A stretch of DNA of 64,000 bases from Candidatus Anammoxibacter sp. (GTDB lineage Bacteria > Planctomycetota > Brocadiia > Brocadiales > Anammoxibacteraceae), in assembly GCA_021777055.1 (NCBI GenBank), contig JAIQZO010000004.1, forward strand, positions 55,594-119,593, given 5' to 3'. The notes beneath the pieces are model-generated. The model was given only the letters and a program-made list of their open reading frames with translations. It did no database searches and was not told where the DNA came from. Made by a program: the position numbers and the translations under genes. Of this stretch, positions 1 to 9,654 are shown one piece after another (positions within the stretch are counted from its first letter, which is position 1; each line of letters opens with the position of its first letter).

Positions 1-148
1 CTACAGGTGTTTGAGCTCTAATGTAATTTATATCCAACGCTAAAACTAGAAAGGCACAAATCATAGAAACATATAATTTGAACCCAAAGAATTGGTCTAT
101 GAATTTGTTATTGTTTTTTAAAGCCCTTTTTAAGATATATTTAAACAT
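1..148 (-). CDS. hypothetical protein, N-terminal fragment running off the left edge
   Basis: ATG at 148-146 lies 2 nt after the stop of the upstream ORF, and the frame stays open to nt 1. MFKYILKRALKNNNKFIDQFFGFKLYVSMICAFLVLALD... has a basic n-region plus a hydrophobic stretch. It is too short for the ORF track. Confidence 0.3.
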   Translation of the reverse strand, partial: MFKYILKRALKNNNKFIDQFFGFKLYVSMICAFLVLALDINYIRAQTPV

Positions 149-150
149 TA

Positions 151-1230
151 TTATTTACCCCCCCCTTCGGTAATCTCTAACGCAGGTATAAAAGAGAAAT
201 CGTCACTGTTTATATTATCGTTAGAACATTTAATAGCCAGGATGTTTCTCCCCGGAAATAATTCGTGCCCAAAGCCACTAATATCTATCTTCTCATTTAC
301 AGGTATCTCAGTCCGAAAAATCTCAATACAATTTATAAAAACTATAGCTTGCCCATCACAGATCAACCCCAAACGAAGGTCTTTTAATTCTTCAGGATCG
401 TTAATGACAAACTCTTTACGCCCTAGAATTCCTAAAAAATTACCTTGCATATCGTCCAACTCACCATCCTCACTATTACCTAACAAAATAGTTTGCGGAT
501 TAATAATTCCGTCAGTGTCATCATCATTTTTAAGGACATCAATCTTTACTTCACCATCTTTATCTACGAATGCAAAATCGTCATTAATATCAGGGTGCTT
601 GTTTATATCATCTATATCACTTTTAAATTCATGATCAGTACCGCCAAAATCTAACTTAACTTTATCATTTTGATCTTGAACGTCCCTATTTACGATCCCC
701 TCTTCATAAACAATGTTATCCTTCTTATAATTAAATGACATAGACTCAACATTGGCTTGCCGAGAATTAAGCTTAAAAGCATTTACACCTGCCACACTTA
801 CTGTCACTTTTGCCTCAGAAATTGCACCACTGTCATCTTCCACCTTATAAACAAAGGTATCATCCCCTGTAAACCCTTTATCAGGAATATATGTAAATGT
901 ACCATCCTTATTAATTATTATTTTCCCGTTTTTTGGGTTATTCCCGTACCCTATACCGCTACTGCCTTCAAACCAACCTGAATCATCAAAATTAATGTCT
1001 TGCCAATTCTCAGGAGCGTCTTTAATACCTTTAAGAAATTTCCATTTATCTCCAGGCATTATATCATTTTTTGATTTAGCTAACACACTATGAGAAAGGA
1101 GAGAAGATGTAAAGATTATTAAACTTAACAAAACAAAGGTTTTTATGTTTAAGGAAATATAAACACCAGCATAACTTCCACTTACAGCATTTTCAATCTT
1201 TTTTGTTGGTTTATTTTTACACATTCGCAC
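151..1230 (-). CDS. secreted protein: beta-sandwich domain interrupted by a cadherin/Ig-like module and an Asp-rich stretch
   Basis: Signal-anchor FVLLSLIIFTSSLLSHSVLA. N-part WKFLKG..APENWQDINFDDSGWFEGSSGIGYG and C-part LGLICDGQAIVFINCIEIFR..GRNILAIKCSN look like two halves of one jelly-roll domain. Between them lie DGTFTYIPDKGFTGDDTFVYKVEDDSGAISEAKVTVSV (cadherin/Ig-like) and D-rich repeats. Confidence 0.6.
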   Translation of the reverse strand: MRMCKNKPTKKIENAVSGSYAGVYISLNIKTFVLLSLIIFTSSLLSHSVLAKSKNDIMPGDKWKFLKGIKDAPENWQDINFDDSGWFEGSSGIGYGNNPKNGKIIINKDGTFTYIPDKGFTGDDTFVYKVEDDSGAISEAKVTVSVAGVNAFKLNSRQANVESMSFNYKKDNIVYEEGIVNRDVQDQNDKVKLDFGGTDHEFKSDIDDINKHPDINDDFAFVDKDGEVKIDVLKNDDDTDGIINPQTILLGNSEDGELDDMQGNFLGILGRKEFVINDPEELKDLRLGLICDGQAIVFINCIEIFRTEIPVNEKIDISGFGHELFPGRNILAIKCSNDNINSDDFSFIPALEITEGGGK

Positions 1231-1719
1231 CAGTCTTTTCCCTCCAAATCATGATTAAATTTCGAACAAATCAAAATATATTATTACTTTTATTATACCC
1301 TACAATTAAGAGCATATAGGTAAGAATTCTACCAAACGCACAGAATACAACGCAAAATGTATACCATGTTAGCTAACAAAAAAAATATATTTGTAACTTG
1401 TTTATTTAACCAATACTAGCACTTTATCGACAGTAATGATAAACCAGCGAAGGAAAGTATTCATCCGTTACGTTTACGTAAGAACAAACCTCTAAGCCTT
1501 GACAGACCAAGAGGTAACATCTGCACCAACAACACGTTACAACAACACAAAAAAAACCACCACCAGTGTAAAAAAACTAACATCATTAAGTGTAGGAGTT
1601 CCCTACAATCTTAAACATAGGCCGGTTAGGTTTTCTAAAATAATTTCCAAAAGAAACACAATAACAATTACGGAGTTATAAAGTATGTTTATGCGTAACA
1701 ATATTCCCCGTTTTACCCA

Positions 1720-3076
1720 ATACTGTTCGGCACAGTAGTTAATTTTTGGTTTAGAAATGGTATCGCCGTCCGTTACATTAATATAACTATATCAAAAATT
1801 CCTATGGCCATGCTAACTATTTCAACCGGAAATTACATTATGATGAATACGTGATCTCATCTTATTATATTTCTTTTAACCCAACATTTACCGGCTTACG
1901 TTCATTACAGCAAGCCAGTCCTATAGAGTACAAGAAACTTGGCATTAAACAAACCAGCCTGGGTAGCCTTTCAGAAGCAAGTAATGTATTTGACCCGGAA
2001 CTACGCAGGCCAATCATCATGGGACTTGCACAAGAAGCCCGTCCGTTGAAACTTGAAAAGCGTTTAAACAATTTCAACATGTCCCTGGTAACAGTAGATG
2101 GTACATTGCTTAAAGCACTACCAAAGATATTATGGGCCTTATGGCTTAACAATGATCACCCTGAAGTTAAAATGCATCTGGAATTCAATATTCTTAAATC
2201 GCTTCCCTACGGGCGCAGCTTACTCATGCAAATAGAAACGAAAGAACAAATCTTGCATCTAATTTAAACTCAGACAAACTTTATATCTTAGATGCTGGTT
2301 ACATGGAGTATAAATTTATGGAAAAGATTATACAAAAATCTAGCTCGTTTGTTGTTCGATTACAGGATAACACAAGTTGTAAAATTATTAAAGAGCACGT
2401 ACTTACTGAGTCAGACCAAAAGGCTGGAGTTGAATTCGATCATACCGTTTCACTTGGACCTATACAAAAACGTAATGCTATCTCCAAAAACCATTAATAA
2501 TCATACAAATTCACAACTACGATGAACGGGCACTCTATGGTTGCAAACAAAAATCACGTGTATCCAGTAAAAAGACATTTAGAACTAAATCACCAGACAT
2601 ACACTTTTAATTACCACAGATGTATGGATTTGCCCGCAGAGCTTACCTCTGACAAATAGAGGTTTTCTTTCGTTGGTTTAAACGCATTCGGCAGCCTGCA
2701 CCTTCTTGCACTCTCAAAGAATGGAATAACTATCCAAGTTTACAGTGCTTTGATTGCCAGTTTGTTAATCTGACTATGGCCTAGCAGAAAGCCTACTAAA
2801 CGTACATTTAAAATAATATGTTTATATTTTCAAGGATGGGCGACATTAGATGAATTACTCAAACATATCAAGAAGCTTAAACTAGAAAAGAAAAAATCAC
2901 CATAACGGTGATGGTACACTTTCACTATTGATCGCCAAGGCGAGAGATATGTCTGCATTTTTCTCCTCTCTTCGCCCATTAACTCACGCACTTATATTGC
3001 TACGCTAATTTTATACAGTATTTACTTACGCGTTTCATCATTGCGGCTTTCAATCAAATACAGCACCGAACAGTAT
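1720..3076 (+). mobile_element. degenerate IS4-family insertion sequence (about 1.36 kb) with imperfect terminal inverted repeats
   Basis: Left end is atactgttcggcacagtagtt (1720-1740). The reverse complement of the right end (3056-3076) is atactgttcggtgctgtattt, matching at 17/21. An 11-bp direct repeat cgttttaccca sits at 1709-1719 and 3079-3089, the latter offset 2 nt from the right end. The interior encodes a broken DDE transposase. Confidence 0.7.
1745..2905 (+). pseudogene. IS4-family DDE transposase, disrupted by several frameshifts and stops
   Basis: Pieces lie in different frames: FNPTFTGLRSLQQAS..LVTVDGTLLKALPKILWALW..VKMHLEFNI; LDAGYMEYKFMEKIIQKSSSFVVRLQDN; C-terminal FVGLNAFGSLHLLALSKNGITIQVYSALIASLLI(stop)LWPSRKPTKRTFKIICLYFQGWATLDELLKHI. 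Confidence 0.75.
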
Positions 3077-3263
3077 CGCGTTTTACCCAATTTTTACTAT
3101 TTTACGAAACAGATTGATAAAAAAACAGAGGCAAAATAACGGAATGCAATAAACTAACTTTGGCAGGGTATAAAATTAATTATTTTACTTGCAAGTTTAT
3201 AAAGAAACCAGAAATTACAGCAAACAGTATTTTTACTTAAGATGTGCAGTATGCGTTTTGAAA

Positions 3264-4433
3264 TTAACCACAGGCAATTCTTTTACTATTTCCCAACTCT
3301 TCGTACTGATTATATGCGTCAATATATTGTAATATATACTTTCCTATTTCTAAGTTATTGTCAGTTTCCTTTCGTTCCAAAAGCATGGAAATACGTTCCA
3401 CATAGTAAACTAAACGATACACATCTTTAAAGCGCTGTAGATTTTCTACAAGTCTTGGAGCCTTTATTGTTATTTTTGAAAAAATAAATGGTAACAATTC
3501 TCCGATCTCAACCTCAAGTGTTTTGGGCAAAATGTTCCACATAGAAGGTCCGTAGAAGAGGAAACTATAAAAATCAAACAAGGCACTTCTATGCTTAGCT
3601 CCTTCCCAATCAAAAATCCGTAATCCACGATTTGCCTTAAGCATATTTTCAGGACAGAAATCCCCGTGAGAAAACACTAAATATATATCACAATTTTTCT
3701 CACTTCTCAATCTGTTGATTATCGAATAAATAAAGTTCATCGTTTTGTCGGTTTCTAATGAATCTAAATCATTTATTAATAATTCTAAGGTTGATAAATT
3801 TTCAGTTAATTCATTAGCATATTCTAACAAATTTTTTGCTAAAGGAGGCTGAAAGAAAAGCAGTCGTTCTATACATGGTGCTACATGGCGAAAGAAGTTC
3901 TTTATAAAAAGGTTTGCTTCTAATGGCTTGCCCGCTTCCAAACTACCAGCAATAAAATTTTCTTCATACCAACCTTCTTCAACATCCCACCTATTTATGG
4001 CAGTAGCAAACTCTATGCTACTAACGCGTTTCATAAGTTCAATTTCTGACGAGACAATAGATGTACTGACATTATTATCAAACAACTTAATAACCTTACC
4101 ACGTTTAAGGTCAAATATTTTATATCCTTTGTGCACCAACATACAAAGTTGTCCATAAAATGGCAATTCAAGTACTGAACCATATTCCATTAAGTTAGCT
4201 TTAAACAACATTAAACGGGCCAGGACTTTCAAATTATACCTATAGTATTTAAATTTGCACGTAAACCATGTTTTAATACAAAGTAAAGTATTTGTGCTAT
4301 TATTCCTAGGTAACGGCCTTAATGTCTCTTTTTTGACAAACAAAACCCACGCAAGTTCCAGTACATTTTGTTGAATGCAAAAATAACGCCGAGGGCTTAA
4401 TTTAAAATATTGATATTTATTAACGTTTCCCAA
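3264..4433 (-). CDS. APH/choline-kinase-like phosphotransferase (small-molecule or sugar kinase fold)
   Basis: Catalytic-loop motif HGDFCPENML followed by RIFDWEGAKHRS (DxD-type metal site). This is typical of the aminoglycoside phosphotransferase/ChoK family. The N-terminal approx 100 aa are atypical, so the start is uncertain. Confidence 0.6.
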   Translation of the reverse strand: MGNVNKYQYFKLSPRRYFCIQQNVLELAWVLFVKKETLRPLPRNNSTNTLLCIKTWFTCKFKYYRYNLKVLARLMLFKANLMEYGSVLELPFYGQLCMLVHKGYKIFDLKRGKVIKLFDNNVSTSIVSSEIELMKRVSSIEFATAINRWDVEEGWYEENFIAGSLEAGKPLEANLFIKNFFRHVAPCIERLLFFQPPLAKNLLEYANELTENLSTLELLINDLDSLETDKTMNFIYSIINRLRSEKNCDIYLVFSHGDFCPENMLKANRGLRIFDWEGAKHRSALFDFYSFLFYGPSMWNILPKTLEVEIGELLPFIFSKITIKAPRLVENLQRFKDVYRLVYYVERISMLLERKETDNNLEIGKYILQYIDAYNQYEELGNSKRIACG

Positions 4434-4542
4434 TTTATTCTTTTACGTGAGCAAGATTCTTAATTACAATAAAATATTAATTAAAACAAATGGAAATAGT
4501 AAAATCAAATTCTCGCCTTATATCTTATAAAATACTTATTGA

Positions 4543-5475
4543 CTATTTCAATAAAGAAGAAATTTTCCTCCGAACTCTGCGAAACATGCTATTTCTTTTT
4601 TTCTTTCGAGAAATTCTATACTCAAGACGAAGCAGGTCAGCTTCTCTATCTCGTACCATATACGGGGGATGGCGTAATGGAAAAGCCAAATCTTTTACCA
4701 ACAAATTAGCATCAACCTCATGATTTTTTACTGATTTAGTATGAGTGGCATCATCTCCATATCCAATATTCTTAACAAGGTTCGTTTCCGGCACCACAAC
4801 AAGCCCATTTTGAAGCCAACAACATAAACACCACTGATAATCCCAATAATCAACATTACCACCCATTGTATACGTTTTCTCAAAAACGTTTTTAAATTGT
4901 TCCACCGCAGTCGGGTATATTAGAAAATCAAACAACCATGACGAATCACGGACTTTCGGCCACATTTTTATTCCTAAATCATGATACTGCCATGCTCTAC
5001 GCCAAGTAGCCCAAGCCCCTGCGCATTTCATAAGATATCTAAAGCAATAACTATATGGAATTTCCTTTTGCCCTGCCACCGTGTTCATCCCATTAATGAC
5101 CATCACTCTTTGATCATCACGATATCGTTCAAGTATTTCATCGCAAAATCGAAAAAAGGTTTGATTTGGAATACAATCATCTTCAAATATGATTGCTTCT
5201 TCAACATTCTCAAACACCCAACTAATACCTGTCGCAGGACGTTTCCCACACCCCAAATTTACATCTGAGTAGTTTTTGAAAACTTCACAATCCCAATCAA
5301 CCTGCTCAATAACTTTTCGCGCAGCAGCACATTTTTCTTTATCATCAGGACACTCGTCTCTAGGGCCATCGGCAATGACAAATAATTTCTTGGGTTTAGC
5401 TTTTGCTATTTCATCAAAAACTTTCTGTGTCTTATCTGGACGGTTAAAAATAATTAACGAAACTGGTGTGTTCAA
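4543..5475 (-). CDS. GT-A fold nucleotide-diphospho-sugar transferase (GNT-I/HlpA-like), paralog 1
   Basis: SLIIFNRPDKT..KLFVIADGPR..WDCEV..NLGCGKRPATGISWVFENVEEAIIFEDDC. It is roughly two-thirds identical in the N-terminal half to the ORF at 6250-7197. Confidence 0.6.
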   Translation of the reverse strand: MNTPVSLIIFNRPDKTQKVFDEIAKAKPKKLFVIADGPRDECPDDKEKCAAARKVIEQVDWDCEVFKNYSDVNLGCGKRPATGISWVFENVEEAIIFEDDCIPNQTFFRFCDEILERYRDDQRVMVINGMNTVAGQKEIPYSYCFRYLMKCAGAWATWRRAWQYHDLGIKMWPKVRDSSWLFDFLIYPTAVEQFKNVFEKTYTMGGNVDYWDYQWCLCCWLQNGLVVVPETNLVKNIGYGDDATHTKSVKNHEVDANLLVKDLAFPLRHPPYMVRDREADLLRLEYRISRKKKRNSMFRRVRRKISSLLK

Positions 5476-5562
5476 TTAAACTTCTCCAAATAAAGTTGAA
5501 AACATTCTAACACAAAATAAAGTGTACTTTGGAAAACAATGTACAACATTACGTAACTTTGC

Positions 5563-6246
5563 TTATAAACAAAGTTTTATCCTTTTTACTGGACGTCCAA
5601 ACTTTAACATTTCAGGTAGAGTCTTAAAGTGTACTTCCTTATCGACCCTTTTTAAGAATAAATAAAGGGCCTCCAACATGTTTTCCCGACCAACATCAGG
5701 TTTGTTGTAGACAGAATCGTGAAGAAGAATAACACTTCCAGGTTGCACTCTACTAATCAATTGGTTGGCCATGGATTGACTACTTTGATCTTTCCAGTCA
5801 CCAATCTCTAAATCCCAAGCAAAAACCTTATAGCGCAGATAAAAAGCATTTATATGTGATTTCAAATTCTCACGTCCCCATGGAGGCCGAAAGATACGCT
5901 GCCGCCCATAAGGGGATAACACACGCGCGCATTCACGGATTTGATACCGTTGTTCTTTTGCAGTTATCGTAGGAAATGATTTATGGTCCCAGGAATGGTT
6001 ACAAACAGAATGTCCGGCCCGTGAAACCATCTGAACTATATCAGGATGACTTTTTGCAGCTTTTCCAACCATAAAAAAATTAGCATATACGCCAAAATCT
6101 TCTAATATACTAAGAACTTTAGGCGTATATAGTGGATGAGGACCATCATCAAAAGTTAATGAGACTACAAATTCCTTAGTGTCAAAACGTGTAGTAGTAC
6201 CTATTAACTTTCGTGTCACAAGAGCAATTTGATTTCCAAAATACAT
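5563..6246 (-). CDS. polysaccharide deacetylase (NodB homology domain)
   Basis: NodB motifs LTFDDGP, HSWDH, RPPWG and LLHD. Confidence 0.85.
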   Translation of the reverse strand: MYFGNQIALVTRKLIGTTTRFDTKEFVVSLTFDDGPHPLYTPKVLSILEDFGVYANFFMVGKAAKSHPDIVQMVSRAGHSVCNHSWDHKSFPTITAKEQRYQIRECARVLSPYGRQRIFRPPWGRENLKSHINAFYLRYKVFAWDLEIGDWKDQSSQSMANQLISRVQPGSVILLHDSVYNKPDVGRENMLEALYLFLKRVDKEVHFKTLPEMLKFGRPVKRIKLCL

Positions 6247-6249
6247 ATT

Positions 6250-7197
6250 TTAATCTTTAAACCGGTATACTACTTTAAAAAGTTTTCTAAGCTTTTTCTT
6301 CAACCTAGAACCACACCTAAACCTTTTTCTCATCTCCAAACTTTCAATCTTAAAATAATTCATGTCAAATTTTCGGTCAAACAAAATACCGTTTGGATGA
6401 TTTAACGGAAACTCCATCTTCCTTGATTCAAAATCAAAAATTTTAGCAAAATATTCATAATTGTGAGTATGTGTCGCTATTTTCCCTATTCCAATATTAG
6501 CAACAAGGTTAACTTTTGGTATAATGGCAAGTCCATTTTGTGACCAACACGAGAAGACCCATTGATAGTCCCAATAATCTAAATCACCTTCACAATTATG
6601 TGCTTTATCAAATCGACTCTTATAAAACTCGGCTAGTTTTCGATTTCCTGTAATATTTTCTAACCAATCTAAGTTTTGTAACTCGGACCATTTTTTAATT
6701 ACAAAATCGTAATGGCTCCAAGAGCGACGCCAGGTGGCCCAACCCCATGTAAATGGCAAACAACTAAAATGATAACTATATTCTGTTTTATTAAAAATGT
6801 GTGGTTTTATCCCACTTATCAACCATACATCCTCATTGTTACGATATCTTTCTAACAACTCTTCGCAAAAGCGAAAAAATGTAATATCAGGCACACAATC
6901 ATCTTCTAAAATTATAGCTTCTTCAACATTTTCAAAAACCCAACTTATCCCCGTTGCAGGCCGGCATCCGCATCCCAAATTAATATCTGAATAGTCTTTA
7001 AATACCTCACAGTCCCAATCCACCTGGTCAATAATCGCCCTAGATGCGGCACATTTTCCAACATCCTGATAATTATTGCTCCGTGGGCCATCAGCAATAA
7101 CAAATAGCTTTTCTGGCCGATATTCTGCTATTTTAGCAAAAACTTTAGCTGTTGTATTTGGTCTGTTGAATATAATTAGCGCTACCGGGGTTTTCAT
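6250..7197 (-). CDS. GT-A fold nucleotide-diphospho-sugar transferase (GNT-I/HlpA-like), paralog 2
   Basis: ALIIFNRPNTT..KLFVIADGPR..NLGCGCRPATGISWVFENVEEAIILEDDC. It lies 3 nt upstream of the deacetylase ORF. Confidence 0.6.
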   Translation of the reverse strand: MKTPVALIIFNRPNTTAKVFAKIAEYRPEKLFVIADGPRSNNYQDVGKCAASRAIIDQVDWDCEVFKDYSDINLGCGCRPATGISWVFENVEEAIILEDDCVPDITFFRFCEELLERYRNNEDVWLISGIKPHIFNKTEYSYHFSCLPFTWGWATWRRSWSHYDFVIKKWSELQNLDWLENITGNRKLAEFYKSRFDKAHNCEGDLDYWDYQWVFSCWSQNGLAIIPKVNLVANIGIGKIATHTHNYEYFAKIFDFESRKMEFPLNHPNGILFDRKFDMNYFKIESLEMRKRFRCGSRLKKKLRKLFKVVYRFKD

Positions 7198-7243
7198 ACC
7201 TTATTATCTTAAAGCAAATGAGGCAATCTGACACATTTCAAGA

Positions 7244-8317
7244 CTATTTATTGATTTGTGTATATTTTTCATAGGTCATCCCTAATTTCATTAAGTACTT
7301 AAATGTATGTTCTTTTAGATAGTTTTGTATATAAGGATATTGTTTTCTGTTATTACGAACAAAACTAAACGCAAAATCAAAAGCAAAAGCAGTAATGATT
7401 TTAGCGGAAATCACTAGAAATCGCAATTTTATATTCGATTCTAGATTTAGATTTACAATCTTATTCTCAGAATGATAGTAATTATATCTTCCATGTATAA
7501 AGTACACGGAAGCAATCGAAAACAATTTCATCTTATTTTGCTTAACGAGGTGATACAAGAAGAGTTGTGGATCGTAATATATTATTTGATCTGGCATCTT
7601 ATTAGAAATCGCTTTCAACAATACAGTTTCTTCACTATAAGCAATCTTATTGCCAGACATGCCAAATTTCGGATCAAATCCACCAATACTTTTAAGCACG
7701 GTTCGTTTGAAAAACATATTACCGCCATAAATATTAACGCATTCCTTACCGTTTAGTATACGAGCTTCTTTACCAGGCTCATGCGTACCATAACTATCTT
7801 TGTACCATTTTGGTTTGCGCCCATTATAGAATGGATAAAAAGGACCTCCAAAAACAGAGGGAGAAATGTTTTCTATCACACTTTTGGCAACCGCTAACCA
7901 CTGCTCAGGCACTTTGCAATCATCATCAATGTAAGCGACATATTTGCTATTAGATTCTTGCCATCCTCTATTACGTGCATAAGATAGGCCTTGACGATTT
8001 TCTAAAACATATCTTATATTGTGATGATTACGCTGAAGTTCTTTAACTGTTTTGCAAGTATTATCTTTGGAATTATTATCAATGACAATAATTTCGTAAA
8101 ACGATTCATTTAAAGATTGATTAACAAGAGTTTTAAGGACATCAGAAAGTAAGTCAGCTCTATTATAGGTACAAACGACAACGCTAATCATTAACTCTTT
8201 CATAATCTCAGAACATTTAGTGTCGGATACAATCATATTTTTTATCTTTGATTGGGCAATTTGTCTAATTCGGTTTATTACTTGTCTGTAGATATGCCAA
8301 AATACATAGAGCGGCAT
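7244..8317 (-). CDS. family 2 glycosyltransferase
   Basis: ISVVVCTYNRADLL..IIVIDNNSKDNT..YIDDDC motifs. The start is ambiguous; in-frame ATGs at 8234, 8203 and 8191 are more plausible than 8317. Confidence 0.8.
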   Translation of the reverse strand: MPLYVFWHIYRQVINRIRQIAQSKIKNMIVSDTKCSEIMKELMISVVVCTYNRADLLSDVLKTLVNQSLNESFYEIIVIDNNSKDNTCKTVKELQRNHHNIRYVLENRQGLSYARNRGWQESNSKYVAYIDDDCKVPEQWLAVAKSVIENISPSVFGGPFYPFYNGRKPKWYKDSYGTHEPGKEARILNGKECVNIYGGNMFFKRTVLKSIGGFDPKFGMSGNKIAYSEETVLLKAISNKMPDQIIYYDPQLFLYHLVKQNKMKLFSIASVYFIHGRYNYYHSENKIVNLNLESNIKLRFLVISAKIITAFAFDFAFSFVRNNRKQYPYIQNYLKEHTFKYLMKLGMTYEKYTQINK

Positions 8318-8394
8318 AGCCGATACCGAATTGCTAAACTGTTAAAATTGTTACCAATACCTAACATTGACAGCTTCAATTCGACTAAATATTG

Positions 8395-8517
8395 GTGTAA
8401 AGATCTATACCAAACGAATAAACAATATCAAAAATAGAGCGTACCTCATCTTTGTGAAGTTCAGACTTCCAGCCTTGTAAGTTTTTTCACTCAATCAAAT
8501 AATTTCTATCTTTATTT
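8395..8517 (-). pseudogene. orphan 3'-terminal fragment of a sulfotransferase gene
   Basis: A 123-nt stretch aligns base-for-base with few mismatches to 14801-14924, the last approx 38 codons of the sulfotransferase at 14790-15650. No upstream remainder is present. Confidence 0.7.
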
Positions 8518-8575
8518 AAGGGTGGCGAGTAATAAAAACCACAGGGTTTTAAATTTTTTTTAATATCCCCTAAAA

Positions 8576-8639
8576 ATCAGCGTTATCCGGTTAGATATTT
8601 GCGTAACACATTTGCGTGCTAACATGGAGCGCCTAAAAT
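8576..8639. repeat. 64-nt intergenic repeat, copy A
   Basis: atcagcgttatccggttagatatttgcgtaacacatttgcgtgctaacatggagcgcctaaaat. It has an internal direct repeat atttgcgt..(13-nt period)..atttgcgt. The second copy is at 13328-13390. Confidence 0.7.
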
Positions 8640-8733
8640 TATTGTAATAATATATAATGATAATAACGTACTAATTCACATATAGTCTACAATTTGTAAG
8701 CATAATATTATTCTCATATTACCCAATAAACAC

Positions 8734-9654
8734 TCAACGTCTTATTACACTGGAGTATATATCTCGCACCTTATATTCTAATCTTTTCCACCGTGATTGT
8801 TGAAAAAGTACTATTTCAAGTTTTGGGATAGAAAGATGTCGACGTCTATGACATTCTATAGAATAGTTAATTAATCTATAAACATCACTAAAAGTTGCAT
8901 CCCCTAAATTGATAATCCATCCAGGTGTTTTTTCTGAAAACATAGCGTTACCTATTCGATGACCAATAATTTCAGGTAACGGCTTAAATTTCTGCTTAAA
9001 AATAGTTCCAGCGTTGGGATATCCAAGATCTTGCGTTTTTCTTACTAGCTCTATTCTTTCTTTAATCTTTTGCCTGCTTATTTCTTTATCTTGATAATGC
9101 AGTTGTAAAACTGCAGACAATATAATCCATTCTCTCTTCTTATGAAATATGGAGGATCTATAATCGAAACAACAGTCCTTGTTATTAATTATTCTTATTT
9201 CTTTTCCATCAAATATCTCGACAGAAACAACATGATCAGATATGGAGAGTTTATGAGCGCGTCCTCTACCCGCATTCATCCATATCGCACCTCCAACATT
9301 ACCAGGAACAGAATGAAGATATTCTATTCCCGATAGATTATTTTCAATACCAAAAGCTATCAATTTCTGTAATTCTATACTAGATCCTACTTTTACAAGA
9401 TAATTATCATCAACGCTAATCGTTCTACAAGCCTCAGTATTCTTAATGACAATTCCTTTTAATCCTTCATCGCAGATAAGAAGATTGGATCCTCTTCCAA
9501 TAACGTAATATGGTATCTTCTTTTTCTTACAAAACATTACCTTCTCTATCAATTCATCCTTACTGGAAGGAATACATAAACACTCTGCTATCCCGCCAAT
9601 TTTAAAAGTAGTATGTCTCGAAAGAGGTTCATTATAATATTCAGATCTATTCAT
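8734..9654 (-). CDS. MurB-like UDP-N-acetylenolpyruvoylglucosamine reductase paralog (FAD-binding)
   Basis: LSRHTTFKIGGIAE, IGRGSNLLI, SVPGNVGGAIWMNAG and YPNAGTIFK follow the order of type II MurB motifs. The usual GSxFKNP is GTIFKQ here. The start overlaps the upstream ORF by 8 nt. Confidence 0.7.
   Translation of the reverse strand: MNRSEYYNEPLSRHTTFKIGGIAECLCIPSSKDELIEKVMFCKKKKIPYYVIGRGSNLLICDEGLKGIVIKNTEACRTISVDDNYLVKVGSSIELQKLIAFGIENNLSGIEYLHSVPGNVGGAIWMNAGRGRAHKLSISDHVVSVEIFDGKEIRIINNKDCCFDYRSSIFHKKREWIILSAVLQLHYQDKEISRQKIKERIELVRKTQDLGYPNAGTIFKQKFKPLPEIIGHRIGNAMFSEKTPGWIINLGDATFSDVYRLINYSIECHRRRHLSIPKLEIVLFQQSRWKRLEYKVRDIYSSVIRR

Noticed and set aside
158-165. Homopolymeric tracts: C8 (G8 on the coding strand) at the very end of the 359-aa ORF, and C7 at 52525-52531 at the end of fliD. 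Both were considered as phase-variation switches.
   Set aside because: Both lie in the last 4-6 codons (..EGGGK stop and ..GGSSS stop). A length change would alter only a few terminal residues and quickly hit a stop, so an on/off switch is unlikely.
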